Below the pieces are notes generated by a model. The model was given only the letters and a program-made list of their open reading frames with translations. It was not told the origin of the DNA and ran no database searches. Below, piece after piece: positions 13,856 through 30,258 of a stretch of DNA of 64,000 bases. Source of the DNA: Paramecium tetraurelia. Its lineage: Eukaryota. The DNA is taken from positions 186,001 through 250,000 of the forward strand of contig CT868507.1 of assembly GCA_000165425.1 (NCBI GenBank). The letters are read 5' to 3'. Both the position numbers and the translations under genes were made by a program. Positions within the stretch are counted from its first letter, which is position 1. Each line of letters starts with the position of its first letter.

Positions 13856-14606
13856 TCAAGAATTAACTCGTGGCAACATCATGGTATATGTTGGTTAGTA
13901 AATATGTTGTTGAATTTGAAGAGGGTATTATGTAGGAGTTGGAGACACAGGTTCATATTCTTGTTTTACGTGGATTTACTATTTAACTTCGAGGAGTTGC
14001 TTGAATATTAGTTGTGATGCCAAAAATAAATTTTAAATAGTTGTGTAATAAAATGGATTCTAGGTTTCTGCAGCCTTCTATTATTATTATGATAATGCAG
14101 AAAATAGTTTTTAACAATGCTATTGAAGAAGAGAACGCTATTCTTAGAGCAAATTAGCTTAGTCTTCCTTAGAGGGTTGTTTGTCAATATATATCTACAT
14201 AAATTTATTTTAAATTACCTGACTAACTTCCGATGATACAATAGGCTCAGAGAGTTAGAAAGTGAGAGGATTAATAATTGAAATCTTCAAGATATTCTCC
14301 ACCTTGAGCTTCTTCTTTCTAGTCTCTTTCTTACCTATCCTACCCTCTTTCTCATACGCCTTTTATATTGTTCGTACAGTACAGTATTTTAGCTACAGCC
14401 TATTCGCTACCTAAAAGTATAAATGAACAAGATATCATATATAATGGTTAGACATAATCATAAATTTGGTATTAATTTGATACCTCTTGTAAAGAGAGCT
14501 TGTCATGTAAAAGAAGCTTTAACACTAATCTTCTTTCTTCCTTATTAATTTTCTGGTACTTTCTACTTGATTTAGCTTAAGCTTCCTAATTTTCAGATTT
14601 AGTCAT
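13856..14606 (-). CDS. Helix-turn-helix (homeodomain-like/transposase-HTH-like) protein with Q/P-rich tail
   Basis: YQKINKEERRLVLKLLLHDKLSLQE|VANRLQLKYCTVRTIQKAYEKEGRIGKK; introns 14411-14483 (73 nt) and a ~25-nt intron near 14200. Confidence 0.75.
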
Positions 14607-15803
14607 GGGTTAGAATCTTTATTTTTATTATATATATATAAAATTTAAAACCAATACTTATTAAATTTGAATAAGATTCATTTCATTATTTATACATAAT
14701 TTGCTATTCATAATCTTATTTTATTAAAAAGTCATTCAATACGCTTCAATCAATAATTCGACTTCTAAAACAATCTTTTATCTAACATTTCAAATTCTAT
14801 TCAAATAATCACTCATTATCTTAAAATATAATGCATTTTCTAATATTAAAAGTTGAAAATTTGGTCTAATTTTTATTCATTACATCAATAATCAATTTTA
14901 CATTCTCCTCCTACTTATAGCATTCAATAATTTTTGTCTAAAGGCATATCAAGAAGGAAATTTATCTAAATTGCTTTACATTGATTTTTAAATTGTAGCA
15001 TCCATGGACACTCTAATTATTCATTTTTCACACCAATCTCAGTTATTCTATTACTCATCTATCTAAACCTTTCATAATAGGTAAAAGTCAAGCTTAGTTC
15101 CAAATATTTATGACATTGTTTTATAAATTCAACAGCCAAATTTTATGAATAAAACAACAAACAATAAACTCAGCATATTTTATCAAAAAACCTGTATAAA
15201 AGGAACAATAACTCTACTTCCTATTGAGTATATGTGTTTATGAACCGATATTAATAATTGTTACATCATTTAAATTATGTGACTGGAGTTTCTTTTCTTC
15301 AGAAATTCTTAACTTCAATAGTACAAAATGAATATATTTAAATTTTGTAAGCGTAAATTCATATGAGGATTTATTAAATACTTCTCTAACATAGTCCGAT
15401 TCTATTTTTGAGGAATGAAATGAAATCATCTTTTCAACATTATTTCTTAATAAATAACTCTCATCTTTGGATATTTATTACGAAAATGGGTGCTTTCTTG
15501 GAATTTGTAAATTTTTCATAAAATATGCGGATGATTTATAATTATCTGATCGCTTTCATTTTTACTCTTATCAATTAAATTATCTATTATAGTTAGTCTG
15601 GTTGAATAGGTTATTGAAATTAAAGTAGTATTACTAATTGAAATTCAGCCAGACTACTAAAGTCTGACAATTTCCTAGAAGAAATTTAAAAATAAAATGT
15701 TCTTAAAATAGCATAAATTAAGATGATGCAAAATTATAAACATGACGAATTATTATTTTGTTAAATAATCAAAAATATCACGATATGAGTATGTCTAAAA
15801 TAA

Positions 15804-17506
<1,703 letters not shown>

Positions 17507-17531
17507 AAGTTATTATAAATAATAAAAATAA

Positions 17532-18225
17532 ATGGGTGCTTGTAGTTAAGGATAGAATATTGAGAATTTAAAGGGAAAAGAAAGAACATTAACAAAATTA
17601 GTGGGATATTTTTACAGTATTCCAATGCAACAACATCCAGACATTGACAGTTTAGTAATAACGAAATTAGAGAGATAAAAAATAATTTCAAGAAGATTGA
17701 GTAAGAATCTCATTGAAGAAATCGTATTCTTTTTAAATTCTCGCAAGATTAGAAATAGAGAATAGGACGATTTACTTGATCATTTTAATTATGTATACAA
17801 CTAGTCTTTTAAGAAATTGAATGACTTTAATACCAACCTGGGGAAGATGATATTGATTGTAACACTTTTATAATAAGATATGTAAGACCTCCGTCGAAGT
17901 CTTATTGTGTTATAAGTCTCTTGAAATGGGAGAGTTGACACCAGTAGATGTATGGTGGGTAGAAGATCATTTTTTATGGAGGTATTGCCAATTATAGGAT
18001 CAGTACAAAGTTGAATATGATCATTTTTTGGATTTCAATTATCTAATCAAATTTATGTATCTGTTGAAGGAGTGTGCAAGAATAGAACTGAAAAAGATGA
18101 ATTTAGAATTGAAATAATTGATAAGTTCCATCAAAACTGAACAAAGCTAATAATAGGATTTCCCAAACACAGCCAGAACTGTGGATAGTTTTAAACCATT
18201 AAATAAAAGATTAGACACATTTTGA
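17532..18225 (+). CDS. Hypothetical protein with MGxC acylation-type start
   Basis: MGACSQG; a 20-nt GTA..GAG intron near 17655 restores the frame; TGA at 18223-18225. Confidence 0.6.
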
Positions 18226-18235
18226 ATACTTATAT

Positions 18236-19097
18236 TCATTAATCAAATTCTGAAAACATTTTATATCTTCCTGGACCAGGGGTGACTTTATTTATTTCAT
18301 AAGGTCCTTTCCTTGTAGACTTACTAAAAGTCTATTGCACTGCAGATCTCATCCCATTCTTTGGGTAAATGCCTGATTAATTAATACTTGTATTCTCCAC
18401 CGAGTATCTGCCTGGTTCAGGATAATCATTTACTAATGTGGATATTCAAGAATTTACCTCCGAAAGTCTTAAATCTCTCTTGATCTTTTCCAATGATGCA
18501 GGCTCCTGAGTTTTGAAACTTAGAGAGTGGATAGACTCCTTTTTATGTTATGGCTTACACATACTCATAATTGCCAGGTCCTTTTTGGATAATTCCTTTA
18601 ATCATATACCTGGAGTATTAAACTTCTGTAATGATTGCGTTCTTTACCCAAAAGTAAACTTCTGTCTTCTTGTAACTGTGCTTGGTATTTAATAGCGATC
18701 TGGAGGGGGAGTGGTTTATGTTAGAGTTGCCCATATTCCTTATAACCAAGTATCTTCTCTGCCCAAAGCAAATTGAATTCCTTTCTTTTCTTCAATGTTC
18801 AATTCAGCGAAACTCTTGATATCATATTTGTTTGGAGCAGGAACCTATTTAACGTATTTTGTAAAATCATGTCTAGAAAGTAATTGCAACATATTTACTT
18901 TGAGCCAAAACCAATTCCAGCCATTCTCTTGCTTAAACTATCAGGAAGGTTGTACATAGATCCATTTCTAGGTTAGAATAAAAGGATTACATTTATTTAG
19001 TTGAATAGGTTTCACGAGGAGCTTTTGAAAAGGTATACCTTTGTTTTGAAATTGAATTATTGAGAGGTTGATCATATATACTTTTTGAAGTATTCAT
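18236..19097 (-). CDS. Sperm-tail PG-rich repeat (STPG/SHIPPO) ciliary protein
   Basis: Repeated PAPNKY, PPPDRY, TPGPGNY, PEPGRY and TPGPGRY motifs with F/Y-TFG spacers. Confidence 0.85.
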
Positions 19098-19157
19098 TTA
19101 TATAATTTTATATTTGTATATCTATTTTGATTATTTTATTTAACTTATTATCAAAGA

Positions 19158-21317
<2,160 letters not shown>

Positions 21318-21385
21318 TCTATGTGATTAATTTTACATGTTGATTTAAATAAATATTCTTTTGATTTCTATTATGATACCCAATT

Positions 21386-22213
21386 TCACTAATTCTGATA
21401 ACCTTCGAATTATCTGATGTTATGAGCTGTGTTTATTACAAAATTGGAGGTGTCTATTACATATCCTTTTGTTGCTGCTTCAAACAATTCTGGATGATGT
21501 ACTACTCTTTCCTATTTCCAATATTTATTGATATACTTCATGAAATAAATTACTTCATACTATACTGTTGTACCCAATTCTTGAATATGATCAAGTTTAC
21601 ATGCTAATTCATATTTCAATCGACCTTCCTCTGTTAAATAGTCAGTATAGACAGCAGATATCAAATTATTTGAAATCTGCTGTCTATAGATGGAATTAAT
21701 AGGTTTCAACCCAATACACATTTTTAACATTTGCAAGAGTATTCGTCTCAATATTAAGTATTTTTCCACCTCTCAACAATGAGAGTCTATGTATTTTATA
21801 TTATAATGATCTCCAATACCTAATTTAATAAAAGCTGCCTATTACCACATTCTAGGAATCCATCAAAATGAAAGGGCATATATAAATAGATTATTCCAAT
21901 ACCATTCAATATCCAACGAGTTTTTGAACCAAAGATAAATTAATAAGGGAATAGCTGTCTCACAAAGAACATAAGGATATTTCAAGAATATTGTAAGACG
22001 TTTATGAGGATAGCATGAGTAGTTAATTATATTTAATTCGGATACAGAAGCACTTCTCCAATTCTATCAAACTCAATTGTATAGGTTGGTTTGTAAATTC
22101 GATCTGTTTTTACAACATATTATGATTCATCATTCATAACCTATGCTTTATGATTCAATTAATAGAGATTCTTAATACACAATCTAGCAGTACCTTGTTA
22201 TCCTAGTTAGCAT
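21386..22213 (-). pseudogene. Decayed gene for a two-TM, probably mitochondrial protein (TMEM70/TMEM186/TMEM223-like)
   Basis: Motif KIHRLSLLRGGKILNIETNTL after two TM segments; in-frame TGA at 21863-21865; an intron ending in TAA instead of TAG (~22023); frameshift at a palindrome near 21646; family call is tentative. Confidence 0.7.
21646..21688. repeat. Near-perfect 43-bp palindrome (21-bp arms, 1 mismatch)
   Basis: tatagacagcagatatcaaat-t-atttgaaatctgctgtctata. Confidence 0.95.
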
Positions 22214-22472
22214 TAATTTCAAGATATTAATAATAATAATATTTTTATGACTCTATTTTCAAAATAATACTATATTCATTTTTATACTATTTTTATTGTA
22301 TTGCCTAAACATCCTATGATTATGCGTGCTCTTCAATTTGAGTAATGTCATTATTAATTGTTATTATTTGAATATTAAAAACAATCATATACAACTATGA
22401 TCATATCAAATATAAATATTATATGAAAATTAAATCGTTTTTGAGATGTATCGTTTTTTAGTTAATAAATAA

Positions 22473-23573
22473 ATGAAAGGAATTATTGCTATCATTCTTG
22501 CATTGGCTGTGGTCTCAAATGCCACCAGCACAAAGGATTAAATCTTGGCTCTCCTTTAAACAGGAACAAAGGCCAGTGATGCCATTGACACAGTCTTTGG
22601 ATTGCTTAATGATTTAAAACAATCTAACATCGATGCCCAATTTGCTGCTGACCAAAAGAACGAAACAGACGAATGGGTTGGTGCCTAAACCATTGAATAA
22701 TTCACTAAAATTAAGACTCTTAACCAAAAATTGTTCCAATAGGCTGTCGAAAACAGAGCTGAGTATGAAAACGTACTTAAATAAACCAAAAACTATTTGG
22801 CATGGAATGAAGCCAGAAGAGATTCAATTGCTGCTAAAATTGAAACACTCCAAGACAACTAATGCTTCTCCAACTAATTATTTGTTAAATCCATCAAGCA
22901 CAATTAAGAAGCTTTAGAAGTTATCAGACTCCTCAAATAAGATGTTGCTGGATACATCGTCAATGGAGATTCCTTTGAATTCACCTAAGTCTAAGCCTAA
23001 TCAGTTGCTGAAAAATTGAAGTAATACAGCAACTTATTCTAAGAACACTAAATCAAATCATTCTTGGCTCTTGCCTAAGAAGGATAAGTAATTATATCAA
23101 ATATACATTTCTTAGGCTTCAGAATCATCTGGACACGGATAAACATTAGCTGAAAGAGTCTTGGGTGTCCTTGAAGGATTACATTCTGAATTAGAAGGCT
23201 CATTAGAAAATTTGAAATAAAATGAAATCAATGCCTCATGGGAATTGGCTGGATGGGTCTCATTGTCTGAAGCTGAAATCACCACATTGGAAGTTGAATA
23301 TGAAAGAAAATAAGTCTTTGCTGATAGAACTGCCACTGTATTATATAATTCACTAATTAATTCTAGTAAATCCAAGCTGCTTTAGCCCAATAAGCCAAAT
23401 CAAAGATCATCTTATAAGAATCTTAAGATGCTTTAGATTAAGCTTAATCTGATTTGGAATCAAAGAGAGCTGATTATGCTGAAGCCAAAGCCAAGAGACA
23501 AGAAGAGAATGCCATCTTGGATGAAGTAATCATCATGTTCAAGAAATAAGTTGCCTCTTGGTCTGGAAGATGA
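22473..23573 (+). CDS. Trichocyst matrix protein / granule lattice (GRL-like) precursor
   Basis: Signal peptide MKGIIAIILALAVVSNA; acidic coiled-coils DAIDTVFGLLNDLK..HNQEALEVIRLLK..RQEENAILDEV; two tiny introns. Confidence 0.85.
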
Positions 23574-23708
23574 TATTCTTTTTAAATACAAAATTAGTCA
23601 ATCACAAAATTAAAGTTTTTATTTTTAATAAATATTTGATGTCATGTCATTGTCTTCAGAAGTTTAAATTATCATTAATTAATTAGTAGATTCAAATAAC
23701 AATAAAAA

Positions 23709-24259
23709 TCACCCACTTGTTGTGTCTCTCTTCATTTGTTGCAAAGCAAACATTTATATTCCTTATGAATCTGTGTAAATCTTGAACTCCTTTGAATCAG
23801 CATCAATATATTTGCATTTTTCATTTTGACAAAAATGGCATTTGGGGCTTTTGAATTCTAATGCACAAATATGACAAATGTAATTCATGCAGCAATTTGA
23901 TGCCAATATAACTATTATAAGAACAAAACCTACAATTAAAATAGCAAAAGCAAATTGGACACGAATGCTGGGTTCTCTCTGTTATTACATTGTTGATAGA
24001 TATATCTTTAAGGGGATGGATAGTTTTTATTTTTTTGCTCCTATCATAGTATACGCCATCAAACTCTTATAATATATAAAGACTTGGATTCTTTTGATTA
24101 ATTTTCAAATATTCATTAACAGTGTTATCTAAATGTTTGTCAAATTATTATACACATTTGATTTGTAGTATTAGGCTCTTGGACTTCTTGAGTGTTGCCA
24201 CAACAGAAATATTTTTCAAAAAATGAAACTTTTCTTGTACTCTATTAGTTCTAAGCCAT
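23709..24259 (-). CDS. RING finger protein (Sip5/GW2/DA2-type); 5' exon structure unresolved
   Basis: CPICFCYFNFILASNCCMNYICHICA..CHFCQ after removing a 22-nt intron. Confidence 0.65.
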
Positions 24260-24728
24260 ATTTATTAAGAATTTATTATTAAATCAAAATGTTATTAAAT
24301 AAAACAAATGAATATATTTAATTAATATCATTCTTAAAATTCAAAATGGATATCAATAAAGTATAAAAAGAGAACCTTTTGGAAATAAAGAATAAATATC
24401 TAATAATAATAATATGTTTGCTAAGTATTGATCTGCTTTAAGTGTTTAATACAATACTACTAAAAATAAAGATTCTTAATATATAAAATGTTTCCATAAT
24501 CATTAAAAATAATAGATAGATGATTTAATTTCATTTTAAATTATGATATTTTCGAATGCTCATTTTAAATAGTGTTTAATATTAAATGATTGTTAATTTG
24601 GATTGATTATAGGATTAATCGATGAATTATAGTGAAATAATCAAATGGAAGAAAGATCTTTGGGCAAATCACAGTCTAATCTCTAACATGAATATTAATT
24701 ACATCTTTAATAAATTAATTATTTGTAA

Positions 24729-25821
24729 TCAAAGTTTACGAATAAGCTTGAAATAATGATTTTTATATTTCGAATATTAATTTTAATCTTTTATTTAATA
24801 CAATATTAAATCATAATGGCTATCTCATCCTTTAACGCTTGTTACAAAGAATATGTCTAATTTTGGAGTTTCATATTGAATTTCTTCATTGGGCTTGGCT
24901 TTGACAATTAACTTTTTCATTAAAAAGTTTTACTGGATACTATTTAAATCTTAATCTGTAATTTTGCCACGAATTCCATTAAAAAGAGGCTATAAGTAAT
25001 CAAATTTAATTTACATTTTTTGATTTTCTAAACAGAGATATATGAGAAGCATCTACGTGACTAGAATGTACCACAGAAGATTGAGTCTTAATCTCACATG
25101 TATTCTCAAATACTTTTATTAATTTAAAAGTGTTTGATTTCATCTCTTTCATATTTTGATGAATATTTTATAGCATTTTACCTGAAATCTTATTTAAATC
25201 ATATTTTATCTCTTTTTATTCTTCTTCATGTCGTTAAGTGTTATTATCATTTGGAAGAGGTAAACTTTTTGGAGTGATTTTATTTTAGAGTTAGGTTTCG
25301 TATTCCGTATGTATTATCGGAACTGTGTTGAAGGATTATGGCATTTCAGTATACAATTTTATTTTTTGATTAATATCCACTATTTGTTTGTCATTAGACT
25401 TGACATTTTTTGGGGATGTTTTGGGTGTATCAAATTTAAAAGAGATTTGCCTATCTGATGAATTGTTTTGTTTATCATCCTTATCTCTATTGGATTTCAA
25501 AGGAGTGGGATATTGAATTCTGCTTCCGAATCCAGCTGTCTTTAAAGGCATTCCACTTGAAAATGCAGGTGAATTAACTCCTGACATTAATTAGACTTTA
25601 TTTTGTTTAGGTGAAGGCAATAAAATTGGCTACGAATTAATTTTATGATGAGTCATAGTATTCTTTCCTAGATTAATCATATATTTTTCAATGTCTTCTA
25701 AATTAGAATCTGGTTTAATAGTTAGCAAATAGAGTTAATCAAGTTATGCCTTCAATTTAGACTCCGTAATGAAGTTAGAGACAACGTAAATTAGATTTCT
25801 TATTGCTGGTCGTATATCCAT
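24729..25821 (-). CDS. Hypothetical S/T/P/K-rich protein; 3' end approximate
   Basis: Open code-6 frame from MDIRPAIRNL through the 25336-25587 ORF fragment. Confidence 0.5.
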
Positions 25822-26011
25822 ATTATTAATTACCAAATAAAGAAGATCTGATTTGCAATATTATTTTTTCTTTTAATTTAAAATCCAGTAAAAGGATTTC
25901 ATTAGGATTAATCTTTATTAGTATAGAGAAATGAACAATAATGAACAAACTTATATTTATATGGATATGATTTGTACTTGTAATATTGTTTTATTATTAT
26001 AGTACTATATA

Positions 26012-27355
26012 ATGAGTTCTATAAATTAATATTTAATGAAAAGCGTAGAGCAGTTATTTCCACAATTTTAGGTTGTCAACATTGTAAGATAAAACACTTA
26101 CAAGAAATCAGTGATAGTGAAACGAAGTGGATATAATTACATGCTTCGTATATTCAATCTGGAAGGAATTCCGAAAGAAAGAGTTTAATCGATCATCAAA
26201 ATCCTTAACAAATTGTCTAATCATAAGAATCCTCACATTGTTAAATTTTACGAGGCATCTTTCGATCGTGATATGACATACTTAGGGTATTGATAAAAAT
26301 TTGAAGTTTAGCATTGTCAGTGAATACTTGGATAAATAATACGAATACCCTTTGAAGGAAATAGAGATTTGGAATATCATTTAAGAGGTATCCAACATGT
26401 CCTATGTAGATATCTCTTGCATTACAATAATTTCATCCAAAAAGAGTCCATGGTAAATTATAATTGTCGAACTTGTTTTAAAGCAAAGCTAAGACGATTT
26501 TGGGAGAAATGAACATCCTCTATTATTTACACAAATAGAACTATCAAGATATTTATTTATTAGCACCAGAATTTATTAAGTCTCAAATATACGATCATAA
26601 ATCAGATATATGGATGGCTGGCTATATGCTATATTAGATGATGTTCAAGGATCCACCTATAATAGCTAATAATGTTGATATTTTACATAAGAAAATACTG
26701 AAAGGCATCCAACTAACTTATAACCCAAATTATAGTCTTAATTTGAATAATTTATTGAGATTGATGATTTGTTATGATGCGGAACTAAGACCTAATGTTG
26801 AATAGATTCTCTATTTCTGTCAACAATCTCAAATATCTACTGAAGAAATCAATATCAACAGAATATTGCCTAAATTCAAAGTAGACAAAGTAGTTTTGCA
26901 TAAAAAGAGAACTGATAAGAAATCAGAACCTATACAAAATATTGTATATTTGAATGAAGATCAATTTAAACAACCATATTTCCCACCTTCCAAAATTATC
27001 AAACAAAAGAGACTCTATTTATCAAAATAAACAACTTCAGTCATGGATTTTGGCCCATCCCAAAAAACAATTTATTCAGTCTAGTTACCAAAAGTTCTGA
27101 ATTATTAATTCAGTAAATTGAAAGTCAAAGAGGCTAGTACAATACCAGGTTCCATTGGTAATGCTGAATAACTAGAAAAGTATTTTATTCTTTAATTTCA
27201 GATTATAGAACAAATCTCAAATTAATAAATTAGAATTTGACAATCTTTTTCCACAAACTAAATAAACTTTGCAAACTCAGAGAAGATCTCCCAATAGAAT
27301 TTAATTACAATAAGAATTTTAAAATAGATAAAAGAGTTAAAGATTATTTAATTGA
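26012..27355 (+). CDS. NEK-like pseudokinase
   Basis: NPHIVKFYEAS, LAPEF, YDHKSDIW and RPNVEQIL retained; no Gly loop, VAIK to YMLR, HRD to HGK, DFG to EMN. Confidence 0.8.
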
Positions 27356-28264
27356 ACATCATTTAATTTATCTTATAATTATAAATTTCATTTTTCATGA
27401 AGAAGAATTTCTAGAAAGAGAATTTACTTTTAAATGTCTAATCGCATAGATCTGAACGATCCAGCAGTTCAAATATCTTCTAAGAACCTCAGTGCAACAA
27501 TATATTGATTTGTAAATATGGACAACATATTAGCATTGCTAACTAAAAAACCCATTAGATGTGGGAAATACTCGAGTTAAGAGGCCTTAATATGTGATGT
27601 GAACTCATCTCATTAAGAACAATCCTAAATAAAACAAAAAAAAATTGAATAACTAAAAAATTAGTTACAAAGATTAAAATAGAATTTTGATAATTAGTCA
27701 AAATAAAAAATGAATATATCCAATATCATTGATAATACAATCTAATAATTACTTTAATTCAAAGAATGGCTCTAAATCAAAAAATATGAAGAACCTTGGT
27801 AAGAAATTATTTAAATGGAGAGAGATATCTATTTAAATGAGGACAATATTATTAAAACCATGCCTATTCTACATTTTAATGAAATCTTACTTCAACATTA
27901 ATTATGTATACTAGAACTAGCCTCTCAATCATAAGCAATTTAATAGTAGAATTTTTGGATGACATAAATACACACATTACATGAGACATTTATCTAAAAG
28001 AATAATATGATTTTGTAGTTACTTAAACCAAAAAATTAAGATAATCTTGAATAATCTATAGAGATTAGTGAGCAAGATTTTAGTCATTCTTTTGGGAAGA
28101 AATATTGATTAATTGTAGTATAAAACAGATACCTTTATATATAAATTAATTCGAATTTATCTTAATTCATAATGAGGATATCAAAATATACACCGATATC
28201 AAATTAATATAACCAAATAGATTATAATTTACTAATTAAATATACCTATAAATGTTAATAAAAA

Positions 28265-28608
28265 TCAATTTAATTCTTCATCTATTCTGCACTTTCCCTC
28301 CGATGTCAATTTTAAAGATACTATAAATTTCACTATTTATTTTTCATTTGCTTTCATAGTAAATTAATCAATTTTAGTAATTGTAGCAATGCCTAAATAT
28401 TATTTTGTGAATATACCTTCTCTTTGAAATCTTTCTGCAATTCTAACGCTTATATTAGTGGCTTCTCCATTTGAATGTAACTCTACATTGCCAAACCTTC
28501 TTAAGAAAATCTTGGCTATGTATAATGATTCCTTATCTGACCTACTCCCAAGCACTTAAAAATGATTATCTTAGAATATTTATTATGGTTATTATTATTA
28601 ACTGTCCA
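28265..28608 (-). CDS. Alba DNA/RNA-binding domain protein
   Basis: LYIAKIFLRRFGNVELHSNGEATNISVRIAERFQREG-IATITKI..KFIVSLKLT. Confidence 0.8.
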
Positions 28609-29050
28609 TTTATAGATAAAATATAGAGATAAATAATTATTTATTACTTTTTGGAATAATTCATACTTAAATTATCATATATAGAATAGAATATAAGTGT
28701 TCTTTATAAATAATTTCAATAGATTTAAATTTGATTAATTATATTAATGTAAAGCTCAGATCCATAAGAATAATAGAAGATTTAGAATTTGTCTCAATTT
28801 TTGATTTCATTATAAAATACTTTAGTAATGAGTTGAATATAAATAGATTTACAAAATGGATTAGACCCATTAAAATGAGGCTAAAAGACTTGATGATTAA
28901 TTAGTAGAGTTGAAGTCATTAAAAAAATAAATAAAACACAAAGAATTATGAAGTGATTTTGATTAAATTAATATTATAAATTAAAAGAAATTATAAATGA
29001 AAAATTATAGTCGCAGATAGAGGTATGAATTATTTTAATAAACTTTTATA

Positions 29051-30210
29051 TCATTATCCTCTTTCAATAATTTTAGATCTAACTCTGTCAACTAAATCTA
29101 ATTCTTATTTTCTGACTGAGGTGGCCTTTTCATATTCAGAAGCGAAATCGTTACACATTCTTGGTAGCACTGTCAAAGATTTCTCCATTTCTAACCTTAA
29201 AGCTATAGATATGAAGCATACCTTCTTTCCTCTTGCACTATCAATGATGGCTGATTATTAATCTTAGCAAATGTCCATGGTGGTAATGTGATCTCTTAAT
29301 TTATTTTCAGTTCTCTTCAAGTTGTTGTAATATTCAACCAAATGAACTCTTCTGTCATCATATTCTTAGATGGATTGATCCTCTTCTTCTGAAATCTTTT
29401 ATAAGTTTGTATACAAATTCTATTCTAAGTTTTATAAAAGTTATTTAAGTCTCTCAAAAACTTCAATGTAGCTATCAATTAAAATAATATAAATACCCTC
29501 CATTTTATGTGAGCATTTAAGCGAGAAATGCTTGAAATTTGACTCATGATGTTAGTTGTCTTCAATTTAACTGCATCTTAAATCATTCTCAAAGAGATCT
29601 CTGACATTTAAGCCAATGAGGCACCTCCTGATTAGAAACTATCTAAGATTTTCAAACTTTCTTAGATTGATCTCAAAGCATCAATGTGATCTTATTTCTT
29701 GGCATTGTAATTTTAAGCACCTGCTTATCTAATTGAATCTAAGATCTTGATATCAGTATCAGTTGCCTAATGTTACATTTATATCAATTACTTTTTGACT
29801 ATCCAAATTGTTATCTAATTCAGCATCAGCCTTCTTTTTTGAGGTTGAACAATTTTCATATTATTCGGTTGCTCTGTTCAATACTTATTCAGCATCTTTA
29901 ACATCTTTAGTTCTTAATTCCAATTCAGCACTGCATTGATTTCTTTGATCTGTGTATAATTAATCATGTCTGATTTATTCTGAATCAATAGATGCTCTCA
30001 AATTATCCAAAAAGTTGACTGCTGTGTCAACAGAACCACCTGAAGTCAATTTGCTTTCTAATTCTGTTAAGATGCTAACCAAGGATGGCTTACTTTTGCC
30101 AATAATTGGATATCTATGGTGAATATAAATAGAACTCACTTGTGGATGAGATCACCAGCAAAGGCATTTCCTGCTAACAATAACACTAAAGTCACTGCAA
30201 TTACTTTCAT
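29051..30210 (-). CDS. Trichocyst matrix protein precursor with two apparent +1 frameshifts (error or young pseudogene)
   Basis: Signal peptide; LTSGGSVDTAVNFLDNL, EQIRHD, KQDHIDAL, MCNDFASEYEKATSVRKQELDLV; extra base at ~29527 and ~29160. Confidence 0.8.
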
Positions 30211-30258
30211 TATTATAAATAAAATAAAAACGGATTAAATAAATACTTAAATATATAA

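Noticed and set aside
21863..21865. In-frame UGA as selenocysteine or readthrough
   Set aside because: The same gene has splice-site and frameshift lesions, there is no redox motif, and no SECIS was recognised.
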